Shown: one piece after another, positions 45,713 to 55,100 of the stretch
Position numbering within the stretch: position 1 is the stretch's first letter
Layout of the letters: each line of letters opens with the position of its first letter
IMG/VR virus record: IMGVR_UViG_3300043449_002688
Span: 32,001 to 96,000 of that record
Source of the DNA: a virus
Reading direction: 5' to 3' (one strand)
DNA: 64,000 bases
Position numbers and translations under genes: made by a program
Notes under the pieces: model-generated
What the model was told of the DNA's origin: nothing
Seen by the model: only the letters and a program-made list of their open reading frames with translations
The model's database searches: none

Positions 45713-46360
45713 TTAACCCCATTTTTTTAGTAAATAAGTAAAGGTTATCAATTCGTTTTCTAAGTCAGAGGTATATTGCAGTTCTACTGTTCCAGCGTTA
45801 ATCACAGGAGTAATCCATACATTAACATCATTTCCAATTTCCATAAATTCATGGTCGTAACTTAACCCTAAGTTACCATCGTTTAATATATTCATACTTC
45901 CGGCTCTTTTACGAACTTCACCGCTACCTCTTTTTATTGTGTATTCTAATTTAGAATAATAAGAAGTGTTTCCGATAAAAGTTATTGCAGGCGTAGGGGT
46001 CGTTTGGCCATCTACTAGATTAACAGTTATAGTATTTTCTTTATAAGCTTCCCAGATTCCATTAATTCTTTGTAGAATATTTGAACTAATGCCATCAAAA
46101 GAAAGACAGATATCTCCGTCTTTTACGTTTTTATAAACAAGTTGCCAATTAGCATTTGTAATGGCAGGAACTGAATTAAAATTTGAAGTAACGCATCTCC
46201 AGATAGAATTAGAATATTCTACTGTTTTATCTGGGGTATAAGTTTCAGTTGAAGACCAACTTGAGACGTTTCCTGCTGAGGAAAACACAACTAAAGACCT
46301 TAAATGGTCGGGCAAAGCCCCTATCCCAAGCGATAAAGCTTCCGTTTTTTGTACAGCCAT
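45713..46360 (-). CDS. Virion protein with CBM5/12-like motif and shared C-terminal module
   Basis: WSSTETYTPDKTVEYSNSIWRC; likely start MAVQK at 46360. Confidence 0.55.
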   Translation of the reverse strand: MAVQKTEALSLGIGALPDHLRSLVVFSSAGNVSSWSSTETYTPDKTVEYSNSIWRCVTSNFNSVPAITNANWQLVYKNVKDGDICLSFDGISSNILQRINGIWEAYKENTITVNLVDGQTTPTPAITFIGNTSYYSKLEYTIKRGSGEVRKRAGSMNILNDGNLGLSYDHEFMEIGNDVNVWITPVINAGTVELQYTSDLENELITFTYLLKKWG

Positions 46361-46381
46361 AAATAACCCTCTATGCAAAAA

Positions 46382-46393
46382 AGATTAGGATTT
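46382..46393 (-). promoter_or_regulatory. Late-promoter-like motif
   Basis: AAATCCTAATCT upstream of ATG 46360. Confidence 0.55.
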
Positions 46394-46463
46394 CATATAA
46401 TTAATCGATTTTATTTGAAATTATCAAAAAAATATTTTACAATTTAATAAATACGGAGGAAGA

Positions 46464-47072
46464 ATGCTAACGGCAATTGGCGATGTAATGCGAAAATGTT
46501 ACGAAAAAGGCTGGATTACTACCAGAGATGGGAATGTAAGTCTGCGAAAAAAGGGAAGTAATTTCCTTTACATTACTCCATCCGGCGTAAGAAAAAATAA
46601 GATTGAAGTTGAAAATATTGTAAAAATAAAAATTGAAAACAACAAATTAGTTATACCTGACGGTAAAACTCCATCAGGCGAACTTCACATGCATTGGCTT
46701 TTACAGTCTGTAAATAATACACAAACCAGAGCAGTTTTGCATGTTCACGCCACAAATATCGTAGCGGCAATGTATGCGGGCTGGAGCTTAATGGAAATTG
46801 CTATGTTTTTTCCAGAAGTTAATAGATACACCAAAGTTGGACCAAATGTGCCTGCTTTACCTGCAACTTCAAAAGAATTAGGGGATGCTACTTTTCAAGC
46901 AATGACCCAATTTAATCCTACAGATTCAAGTATATCTATTACTTATGATATAGTTGGTCAGGCTTATCACGGCGTATGTGCGATAGCTAGACATCCTTGG
47001 GAAGCTTACGAACATGTAGAAAGATTAGATCATATTTGTGAAATAGTATTAAAAAGTGGAGTTAAGCCGTGA
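46464..47072 (+). CDS. Class II aldolase/adducin family (MtnB/FucA-like)
   Basis: GNVS, ITPSG, PSGELHMH, HVH, HGV. Confidence 0.85.
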   Translation: MLTAIGDVMRKCYEKGWITTRDGNVSLRKKGSNFLYITPSGVRKNKIEVENIVKIKIENNKLVIPDGKTPSGELHMHWLLQSVNNTQTRAVLHVHATNIVAAMYAGWSLMEIAMFFPEVNRYTKVGPNVPALPATSKELGDATFQAMTQFNPTDSSISITYDIVGQAYHGVCAIARHPWEAYEHVERLDHICEIVLKSGVKP

Positions 47073-47542
47073 AAAAAGCCATTGGATTAAGCTTTGCTAT
47101 ACATTTAATGGTATTTTTATTTTTGGGATTAGAGTTCTCTAAAAAAGAATTACAGCAGCAAATTCCTGAAAATAATACAAAACCTGATTTGGTCGTCGAA
47201 GTAGTGGAAAAGCCTAAAAGCTCTGAATCGAAATCAGAAACAAATATTATCAGTAACGATGAAGTTCCTATTCCAAAAAAAGATTCTGAAGATAGTTCCT
47301 GCGATTCTTATTATGGCGGAATTGGTATTTCTCAAGACTATAGAACAGGAATGCTAACAGAAATTTTTAATGGTTATGCTGCCGAACGAGCTGGACTTTT
47401 AGTTGGAGATATAGTTAGGTCGGTTACAGGCGAAGAGATTCGCGGTGAAGTTGGAACTGTTTTAGAGTTAAAAGTCTACAGAAACGATCAAGTTTTTTCT
47501 TTAAGTTTGACAAGAGAAAAAATTTGCTATAACAATATCTAA
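47069..47542 (+). CDS. Membrane-anchored PDZ-domain protein
   Basis: N-terminal TM SxxxH; YGGIGI, AERAGLLVGDIV, RGEVGT. Confidence 0.75.
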   Translation: MKKAIGLSFAIHLMVFLFLGLEFSKKELQQQIPENNTKPDLVVEVVEKPKSSESKSETNIISNDEVPIPKKDSEDSSCDSYYGGIGISQDYRTGMLTEIFNGYAAERAGLLVGDIVRSVTGEEIRGEVGTVLELKVYRNDQVFSLSLTREKICYNNI

Positions 47543-47553
47543 AAGAGGATTTT

Positions 47554-47835
47554 ATGCATAAAAATGGGGATAGAGTAGAACTTTGCCAAACTATTGTTGG
47601 AAAATATAGTGATGGTAAATATAAAATTAGGCTTGGAACGAATGTTTTTGTTGATGCAGAAGAAAAAGATTTACTGCCTATTGTAAAGAAAAAAGGAACT
47701 GATTTAGCAAAACCAACAGCAATCATTACAGTTGGGGTAATGGGGCTGTTTAGCTCTTTATATTTTGAATCTTTTGAGCCTGTACTTATTTTTGCACTAA
47801 TAGTGTTATACATAGCGTCTATTTCTAAAAAATAG
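47554..47835 (+). CDS. Hypothetical membrane protein
   Basis: GAGG RBS; two C-terminal TMs. Confidence 0.6.
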   Translation: MHKNGDRVELCQTIVGKYSDGKYKIRLGTNVFVDAEEKDLLPIVKKKGTDLAKPTAIITVGVMGLFSSLYFESFEPVLIFALIVLYIASISKK

Positions 47836-47860
47836 TTAATACCACGATTAAGGTAATTTA

Positions 47861-48088
47861 ATGAAGCGAAGCGAAATGGTCCAAGCAATTGCGAGTCAGA
47901 TTATTATTGTTTTAAATGACAATTTTGATGATATTAATGTAGATTGGCAAAAAGCTACAGATATGGCTGATCATATGCTTCGTAATTTAGAGCTGCAAAA
48001 AATCATTATACCTCCTCCTGTCCATTCTTTAACCGTTAACGGCATTTCTCTTAATGGAAAAAATATTTGGGAGCCTGAAGACCTCTAA
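47861..48088 (+). CDS. Hypothetical protein (MKRSEM family; paralog-like to 48954-49163)
   Basis: MKRSEMV...PP...WEPE. Confidence 0.6.
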   Translation: MKRSEMVQAIASQIIIVLNDNFDDINVDWQKATDMADHMLRNLELQKIIIPPPVHSLTVNGISLNGKNIWEPEDL

Positions 48089-48099
48089 AAGGAGGCTAT

Positions 48100-48957
48100 A
48101 TGCCTAAGCTTGAGCTTGTTAAAGATAGTGGGATTAAAACCGTCAATATGACTGGCGCTAACTGGAGCGAACTAATTGTCGAATCTTTTAAAAAAAGTGG
48201 TTTTGCAGTTATAACAAATCATGGCATTGATATGCAAAAGGTCAACGACCTTTATGATCAATGGAAAGTTTTCTTTGATTCTGATAAAAAATATGATAAA
48301 AAAACTGTTGATGGAGTTAAAGGATTTTTTCCTTTTAAAAGTGAAAATGCAAAAGGAAATCCAGTTAAAGATTTGAAAGAATTTTACCACGCTTTTTATC
48401 CTTTTAAAAATTTACCAGATGGCATTAGTGAATACTTAACTTTTAACGTAACAGAAGATTTACTTGGTATCGCAAGGCACATTTTATTTATTCTTCAACC
48501 TCATATACCAAAACATCTAGTTGATATTCAAAACGAACCTTTACATAAAATGGCTAGAGGTTCAAATAGCACTTTGCTTAGAATTCTACATTATCCGCCA
48601 GTAATTGAAATGGAAAAAGGAGCTGTTCGAGCCGCCGCCCATGAAGATATTAATTTAATTACTCTGCTTCCTTCTGCAACTCAACCAGGACTAGAGGTAT
48701 TAGATTTGGAAGGTAATTGGCATAAGGTGGAATGTGATCCTGGTTCAATTGTAATTAATGTCGGAGATATGCTGCAGGAAGCCAGCGGAGGGCTTTTTAA
48801 AAGCACAACTCACAGGGTAGTTAATCCAAGTTCAGAAAATATTTCTAGATATTCCATGCCGCTATTTGTCCATCCTAAGCCAAATTCTGTTTTAAGTAAA
48901 AAATATACTGCTGACCAATACCTCAATGAAAGACTAAAGGAAATTGGACTAAAATGA
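48100..48957 (+). CDS. 2OG-Fe(II) oxygenase, isopenicillin N synthase family
   Basis: GFAVITNHG, LLRILHYP, HEDINLITL, GDML, STTHRV, RYS. Confidence 0.9.
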   Translation: MPKLELVKDSGIKTVNMTGANWSELIVESFKKSGFAVITNHGIDMQKVNDLYDQWKVFFDSDKKYDKKTVDGVKGFFPFKSENAKGNPVKDLKEFYHAFYPFKNLPDGISEYLTFNVTEDLLGIARHILFILQPHIPKHLVDIQNEPLHKMARGSNSTLLRILHYPPVIEMEKGAVRAAAHEDINLITLLPSATQPGLEVLDLEGNWHKVECDPGSIVINVGDMLQEASGGLFKSTTHRVVNPSSENISRYSMPLFVHPKPNSVLSKKYTADQYLNERLKEIGLK

Positions 48958-49163
48958 AAAAAAGCGAAATGGTCAAAATCATTGAAAAAGTAATTAAAAG
49001 TAATGAATTTAGTGTAAGCAAAAAATTAGGTTTTATTAAAAAAAGATCGGATGTAGCTTTAGATATTTTAAAAGCTATAGAAGCTGCTGGAATGCTACCT
49101 CCGACTAAAGCTTTAACGAAAGATAATAAAGAAGTTCTTGTAGCCGTTTGGGAAAAAGAATAA
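48954..49163 (+). CDS. Hypothetical protein (MKKSEM family)
   Basis: MKKSEMV...GMLPP...WEKE. Confidence 0.6.
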   Translation: MKKSEMVKIIEKVIKSNEFSVSKKLGFIKKRSDVALDILKAIEAAGMLPPTKALTKDNKEVLVAVWEKE

Positions 49164-49171
49164 AGGATCAT

Positions 49172-49309
49172 ATGAATTTATTAAAATATTTAAGTGCTGT
49201 AGCTTTTACTGGAATTATTGCTTATTTTTTTGTTTTACTAGTTCTTGGTATTGGATGGAGTTTTTCTTATAGCTGCTTCTGTTTAAGGAGTTTAAATGAG
49301 CGTAATTAA
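49172..49309 (+). CDS. Small membrane protein (45 aa, not in ORF track)
   Basis: AAGGA RBS; MNLLKYLSAVAFTGIIAYFFVLLVLGIGW. Confidence 0.4.
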   Translation: MNLLKYLSAVAFTGIIAYFFVLLVLGIGWSFSYSCFCLRSLNERN

Positions 49310-49499
49310 AAAACCAAAGCCCCTAAAACTTGTTAATCCTGCTTTTGGGGAAGGGCAAAAACTGTGCGTGAAACAATATGATACAGGCTATTACGTTTAT
49401 TTGAATTATCAAGAAATTCCTTTTAATGATTTGGATGCTGTGATAGACTGGTTAAACCAAGTACGGGAGTGGTCAAAGGCAGGGAAGCCTAATAATTAA
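49296..49499 (+). CDS. Hypothetical protein
   Basis: AAGGAG RBS. Confidence 0.6.
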   Translation: MSVIKKPKPLKLVNPAFGEGQKLCVKQYDTGYYVYLNYQEIPFNDLDAVIDWLNQVREWSKAGKPNN

Positions 49500-49523
49500 C
49501 CTTAACCCTTGAAAGGGGTTTTT

Positions 49524-50051
49524 ATGGTTAAAATTATTGTTATCCTCATTCTGAGCTTTTTGACTACATCTTGTGGCCAGCTTTTAAATCAAGATCCGCG
49601 AAGATTTACTTCACTTGATCCTACATTTAAACCTCAACTAGAAGTATTTGAATCTTTGTATGGCAGACCTGTTTACGATATTGCCATTGGGTTTGCAGAC
49701 CTTCAAGAGCCTAAAGTAGGTCTCTGTATTCAATGGTCTAGCGGCCATTGGGAAATTCATATTGATAAAAAATATTGGGCTAGAGCAACTCCAGAAGCAA
49801 GATTGGGACTTGTTTTGCATGAACTTGGCCATTGTGTCCTAAAAAGAGACCATGTTTCTAAGCGAAAATATTACGAAGGACAGCATGTACTTGGAGAAAT
49901 CCCAGTTAGCCTAATGTATCCTTATAATTTTTATTCTTATAGCTTTTCAGAACTTGAATCTTATTATCTAAAAGAATTGTTTAATCCATCAAGTTCTGGT
50001 AAATTTGAAGATAATGTTACTCAAAAAACTTATGAGTGCGATGAACATTAA
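49524..50051 (+). CDS. Lipoprotein with zinc metalloprotease motif
   Basis: Lipobox LTTSC; HELGHCVLKRDH; SLM Met-turn. Confidence 0.75.
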   Translation: MVKIIVILILSFLTTSCGQLLNQDPRRFTSLDPTFKPQLEVFESLYGRPVYDIAIGFADLQEPKVGLCIQWSSGHWEIHIDKKYWARATPEARLGLVLHELGHCVLKRDHVSKRKYYEGQHVLGEIPVSLMYPYNFYSYSFSELESYYLKELFNPSSSGKFEDNVTQKTYECDEH

Positions 50052-50065
50052 TATAAGAGGGTAGA

Positions 50066-50320
50066 ATGAAACAACTGTTTTTAACCATAACCGCATTAAT
50101 TGTTTTTTATCTTTGGTCTTTAAATTCTATAATGAAAACAGCTACTATGACTATTAATTCTCAAAATTACACCATGATAGAAATTGCAAAAAATTCTTAT
50201 TCAGCAGGATGCTTAACAGAAAGGTTTCCGCAAGAAAGCAGAGAAAATCAGGTTATTCGTTGTAAAGTTTTTGCTAAACATTATTCAGATCAAATTAAAC
50301 AAATTATGGGAATGGAATAA
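50066..50320 (+). CDS. Hypothetical membrane-anchored protein
   Basis: GAGG RBS; N-terminal TM. Confidence 0.6.
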   Translation: MKQLFLTITALIVFYLWSLNSIMKTATMTINSQNYTMIEIAKNSYSAGCLTERFPQESRENQVIRCKVFAKHYSDQIKQIMGME

Positions 50321-50321
50321 T

Positions 50322-50834
50322 ATGACTTTTAATGAATTCGCTCAACAATATCGCCCAGCGATGGTTAAGTTTGCAAACTCTTATAATCTTTCACAGTTTG
50401 AAAAAGATGAAGTTATTCAAAAAGGGCTAATTCATTTAATGTTTAATTGGCAAAAAGTTGATCTTAATAAAAATTTAAATGCATTATGCAAAACAGTAGT
50501 CATGCATCATGTAAAAATGGAAACAAGAGGTAGTCGGTCAAAATATTTTGATTCCCAGATTTATATTGACCAAGAATATGGCGAAGATGAATTAACTTTT
50601 GAAATCCCAACTGAAGCAACTCAAGAAGAAGACGTTGAATCTCAGCAGGTAAACAAAAACCTTAATAAGGCTTTAGGAAAAATGTCAAAAGACTACCCTG
50701 AGCATGTTACTGTTATTAGGCAAACTCTTGAAGGAAAACCTTTAGTTGATATTGCAAAAGACTTAAAAATGGAATATGATAAGACTAAAGATCTTTTAAG
50801 ATATGGCATAGTTGTTTTAAAAAAACAAAAATAA
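50322..50834 (+). CDS. ECF-type sigma-70 family factor
   Basis: Region 2-like EKDEVIQKGLI; region 4 HTH EGKPLVDIAKDLKMEYDKTKDLLRYG. Confidence 0.7.
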   Translation: MTFNEFAQQYRPAMVKFANSYNLSQFEKDEVIQKGLIHLMFNWQKVDLNKNLNALCKTVVMHHVKMETRGSRSKYFDSQIYIDQEYGEDELTFEIPTEATQEEDVESQQVNKNLNKALGKMSKDYPEHVTVIRQTLEGKPLVDIAKDLKMEYDKTKDLLRYGIVVLKKQK

Positions 50835-50859
50835 CTAAGCTTTTTTTTGAATTTAGTGC

Positions 50860-50932
50860 TGGGTTGTAGCCAAGTTGGTAAGGCAGCACACTGTTAATGT
50901 GCCCACCGCAGGTTCGAATCCTGCCAGCCCAG
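50860..50932 (+). tRNA. tRNA-Asn (GTT), CCA not encoded
   Basis: Acceptor TGGGTTG/CAGCCCA, D-arm GCC/GGC with TGG, anticodon arm GCACA-CTGTTAA-TGTGC, T-arm GCAGG-TTCGAAT-CCTGC, discriminator G. Confidence 0.95.
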
Positions 50933-50966
50933 CAGTAAATTCACTGTTTTTAAAAGAAAGTTTAAT

Positions 50967-51344
50967 ATGCTTGTAAGAGCAAAAACTTTAGCACAAAAAA
51001 TCAGTCAAAAATCTGACCATCCTGCATTTAAAATGGGAGCTTGTGTTTATTACAAAAACCATATTTTATCGGCAGGGTTTAACAGCTCTAAGACTCACCC
51101 TTTAGTTAAACATTATTCCCCATACAAAACCCTTCATGCAGAAATGCATGCTATCATAAGAGCTGGCTTAAATAATGTAAAAGGTACAAGCATAGTCGTA
51201 TATCGTTCTTTAAAATCAGGACAAATGGCAATGGCAAGACCTTGCCCAATTTGTTTGAAAATAATGAAACAATATGGGATAATGAGTGTAACTTATACTA
51301 CAGAAAATGGATGGAAAACAGAGTTTGTTAACGAAATGGAATAA
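50967..51344 (+). CDS. Cytidine/dCMP deaminase-like zinc protein
   Basis: HAE and PCPIC motifs. Confidence 0.8.
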   Translation: MLVRAKTLAQKISQKSDHPAFKMGACVYYKNHILSAGFNSSKTHPLVKHYSPYKTLHAEMHAIIRAGLNNVKGTSIVVYRSLKSGQMAMARPCPICLKIMKQYGIMSVTYTTENGWKTEFVNEME

Positions 51345-51353
51345 GGAGTTTTT

Positions 51354-51722
51354 ATGAAAAAGAAACTGTCTCTAAAACATAAATGTCAAAAATTGGTTCT
51401 TGCACTTAAAGCAAAAGTTTACCAATGGACAGGGCTTTATCTAGCCCAAGAAGAAGAAAGACGAATGCTTCGTAGCTCATTTTTTTGGAAACAATTTAAT
51501 TCATTTCCTCCTAAAAATAATTTGACAGATAAAGAAAAACAAGATTTTGTAGTTGCTGTTTGGAAAGCCCACAGAGGATTCCATCAACTAAGCAAGCTTT
51601 ATGTTTTAGAAATCTTGGTACGAGCAAAAGCTAAGAAGCTTACCAAAAATGTTAATCATAAGCTTAGTAAACTTGTGCGTAAGGTTAGTAAATTGGTCAA
51701 GCAATTGGTGAGGAAAAAGTGA
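51354..51722 (+). CDS. Hypothetical basic protein
   Basis: AAGGAG RBS. Confidence 0.65.
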   Translation: MKKKLSLKHKCQKLVLALKAKVYQWTGLYLAQEEERRMLRSSFFWKQFNSFPPKNNLTDKEKQDFVVAVWKAHRGFHQLSKLYVLEILVRAKAKKLTKNVNHKLSKLVRKVSKLVKQLVRKK

Positions 51723-51943
51723 AAAATAAAGTTCGGCCATTTGGTCATGTATTGCTTGATCTAGAAAAAATTATGCTTGAAATGACGGATCAGCATGACC
51801 TTCAATGGGGCGATATTTTAAATTTAGTTCGAGGATATTTAGAAGTTCATTGTCCGGAAGCTAGAGAAGAATATACTGCTGGTGGACATCCTGAATTTTA
51901 TTATGGGCCAGCTAAAAATGAGGTAAAAAATGACGTTGAATAA
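51719..51943 (+). CDS. Hypothetical protein
   Basis: GTGA overlap; GAGG RBS. Confidence 0.65.
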   Translation: MKNKVRPFGHVLLDLEKIMLEMTDQHDLQWGDILNLVRGYLEVHCPEAREEYTAGGHPEFYYGPAKNEVKNDVE

Positions 51944-52133
51944 AGCTAGAGCTATTTTTATTGGTTCAGTATTTACTGGCCTAATTTTAGGTGGAGTGTT
52001 AAGTAATTGGAGTTCTACCTACGCTTACGCTTACTTCTTTGGCGTTTTAAGCGGCACAGGTGGAAGTTTAGCTTATTTAATTTACATCATGGAAATGATG
52101 GATTCTAAAAGAAAATCATTAAATACAAAATAA
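51930..52133 (+). CDS. Small two-TM membrane protein
   Basis: GAGG RBS; two hydrophobic helices. Confidence 0.6.
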   Translation: MTLNKARAIFIGSVFTGLILGGVLSNWSSTYAYAYFFGVLSGTGGSLAYLIYIMEMMDSKRKSLNTK

Positions 52134-52135
52134 AG

Positions 52136-52180
52136 AAAACAAAACCCCAAAATCGTCCTGAAATTGGGGTTTTTGTTTTT
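52136..52180. terminator. Bidirectional intrinsic terminator
   Basis: AAAACCCCAA...TTGGGGTTTT with A/T tracts between convergent genes. Confidence 0.75.
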
Positions 52181-55100
52181 AAGATGGAGAGCCTATTGCT
52201 TGCCAGTCCATACCAATAGCCCATTCAACTGATGCGCTTGGTGCTCCGTAGACAGCTAAGACAACATTTGTGCCTTGGATACCAAAAGCTGCGGCGTAAT
52301 TATATCCATCGCCAGTGCAACCATTGATAACAGAAACCGGAGAACCTGCGGCATAAACAACTCCTCCAGTCATATAGAACGTCCCTTCCAGGACAAAACT
52401 AGATACTCCTAAAGTGCCATCACTGCGACGAGCAACAGCATTTATGCGAATTCGATAAGCTTGACCTTCTGCTAATGCAATAGCAGATCCAGTAATTATT
52501 GTGGCAGAATCGCCAATTACTGTCTGCGCAGCAGTAGCTCTTTTCCAAGCTGAATTTGGATAAGAAGAATGAGATTTAACGGCATCAAGACCAGACCAAA
52601 CTTCTTTTGGTTTATTAGTTTCTTTACCTATAACAAAGCCTTGGTCAGTCGAACCTTCATTGAAAATTCCGCCAATGCCGCTGCTACCATTAATTTCTAA
52701 AGAACCTCTAATAATCTCGGCAGTTTCACCTGTGCTTGCATTTGCAGCAGTAATTTGAACAGGTCTATTAGGTGAATTTAATATAGTAGCGCCAACATTG
52801 TAAGCTGATTGTAATGAAGCATCGCCTGCTTTTGCTGCAACTGCTGAACCGTAGCTAGATTGAACCCTAAACCTCATTCGAGTATTAGGCGGAAGAGTTC
52901 TAATTAATTTAATTTTAGCTTTTGGTCCACCAAAAGTTTCTCGATAATCAATTCCGGCATGTCTAATGCCATCGTTAACTATTACTAGAAGCTCTTCGCC
53001 CATAAGCTCAATTTCGCCGCTTTGCTTGTACGTAGAATGAGTAGGCCAAACTACATAGCCAGCGCCAAACACTTGAGTTCTTTTGTTCGGAGGCAAGACG
53101 AGTTCGGTGCCTGTAGTTGTACCGTTTCCACCAGGAATTTCTGGCGAAGAAACAGAGCTAACCGAACGAGACACTCCGCCAACAATTGCCCCTTGATAAA
53201 CGGTATCGCTAACTGCAAAAGTACCAAATATTATATGAATAATCGCTGAGTTAGACCCAAAATCTCCCCCAGGCATTTGTTCACTGCTTTCAGCAAAAAG
53301 ATCATTAGTATTATTAGTTCCATGTAAAACCCAAGCAAGAGCAGTAGGATTATTAATGTCAGTGCCTTTCCAAATATACTCGCCTGATTTAATTACTCCA
53401 GTTCCATTAAATGTTATTTGCTGCAAATAAACATTTTCATCATAAATAGGTCGGTTAAGCACAGTATCAACATAACCGACTTGACGATCTTCTTTTCTTA
53501 AAGCAAGGGTTAAATTATCTTGATCTTCAATAAATCTATTAACTCTTTCATAAGTTATAGAACTTCCAATATAAACGCCAACGCCAATAGGCTCGTTTAC
53601 AATTACAGTTCTAGTAGAAAGAACAGATTTGACCGTATAATAAACAAGATTTTCATCAATTAAAATATCATTTACTTGGAATCCTTTTTCTGGACCATCA
53701 GTAACGGTAATCATTCTAGTTTGAGAATGCAAAAAACTTACTGTTAACTCTTTTACAAATGCAGTTTCGCCGCTACCGCTTGTTGAATAATTTGGGACAG
53801 TAGATCCTTCATTAGCGGCACCAATGTAAGTTAAAATATTACTGTTAACCGTATCGCTAATTTGCCTTACTTCACCAGCTTCAATTTCTAGCCCTCTAAA
53901 ATATACTTTAGATTTATTTTGACTATCTCTACGAACAGCAATCCAATAAACATCTGCTGTTACATCTACCAAACTATGTTTTTTGACATAAAGCTTATCA
54001 TAAATGCCTTTGCAGTAAACTATTGGCCCAGACTTGGCAGGTCGAATAATATCATTAGGCGCTTGGCCATTTTCAAGCTCTAAAACTACCTGTGAAGTAG
54101 TAATGGTTTTAATGCGAAGCCATTTGCTTTCATCTTCATCTTGCCATTTAATCCAATCTCCAGGCTCTAACAAAACCTCATTCTTATCTGTCAAAGCAGT
54201 TGGTGTAGAGAAAATTTGGCCGCCGACAGTTGAATAAACAGCTCCGTTTGAGGCTAAAATATTTCTTTCAAGTTTAGCAAAAAGGACTTCACCATCTTGA
54301 AGATAAGCAGTACCTGTAGTATTAACATTAAAGCGATCTGCTAAAGGACTAACGTCAGGGTCTTCATTTATGCTAACCATTGTTGCAGATTGCGGAATAA
54401 CAAATCCAATTTCTCCAATAATTCCTTTAATTAGAATATCGCCTGTCCATTCAACCGGACCAGAATATGGATTATCTAAAAATCTAGAATATACCTGATT
54501 AATTCCTGTAGGGTTTTCGTAATCAGGTATAGGACCACCAAAGGCAGTGTTTACATCGCCCGCAGTTAATTTATAAATTTTATTTGTTAATGCTACAACA
54601 GTAACATTATCATAAGTTCTTATTAAAGGAGAAAGAGACGAGTTTCCATAAATTGTAATAACTTGTCCTTGTCCATTAATAACATTATGCTCAGTAAATG
54701 TTTCTATAATAACTTCTTTTAAAGTATGATCATAGGTAATTTCTTTAACCAAAACTGGATCTAAAACAGTTGCTGTAGCAATTATAGCATCAAAAGATAA
54801 AGAGCCAGATGCAGGATCTAAAGGCGGTAAAGTATCAGGACCAAGAACGTAAGTAAAATCTCCACCACCGATAATCAAACCTTTTACGTTTTCTGCATTA
54901 TAATCTGTTTGATTTGCACCAGAAACAGAAACAACCGTTTCAAATAAAATAGGCTCAATGCTTGCAGAATTTAAATTAATTACTAGGGGAGCATTGTTAG
55001 CAAGAGTTACAACAATTTCTCTTTGAGAAGTTATAAGATCAATCGTAAACATGCCGTTGAGTTCGTCTTCGGTAACTCCAGTTGCAGACAAGCCTTTTAT

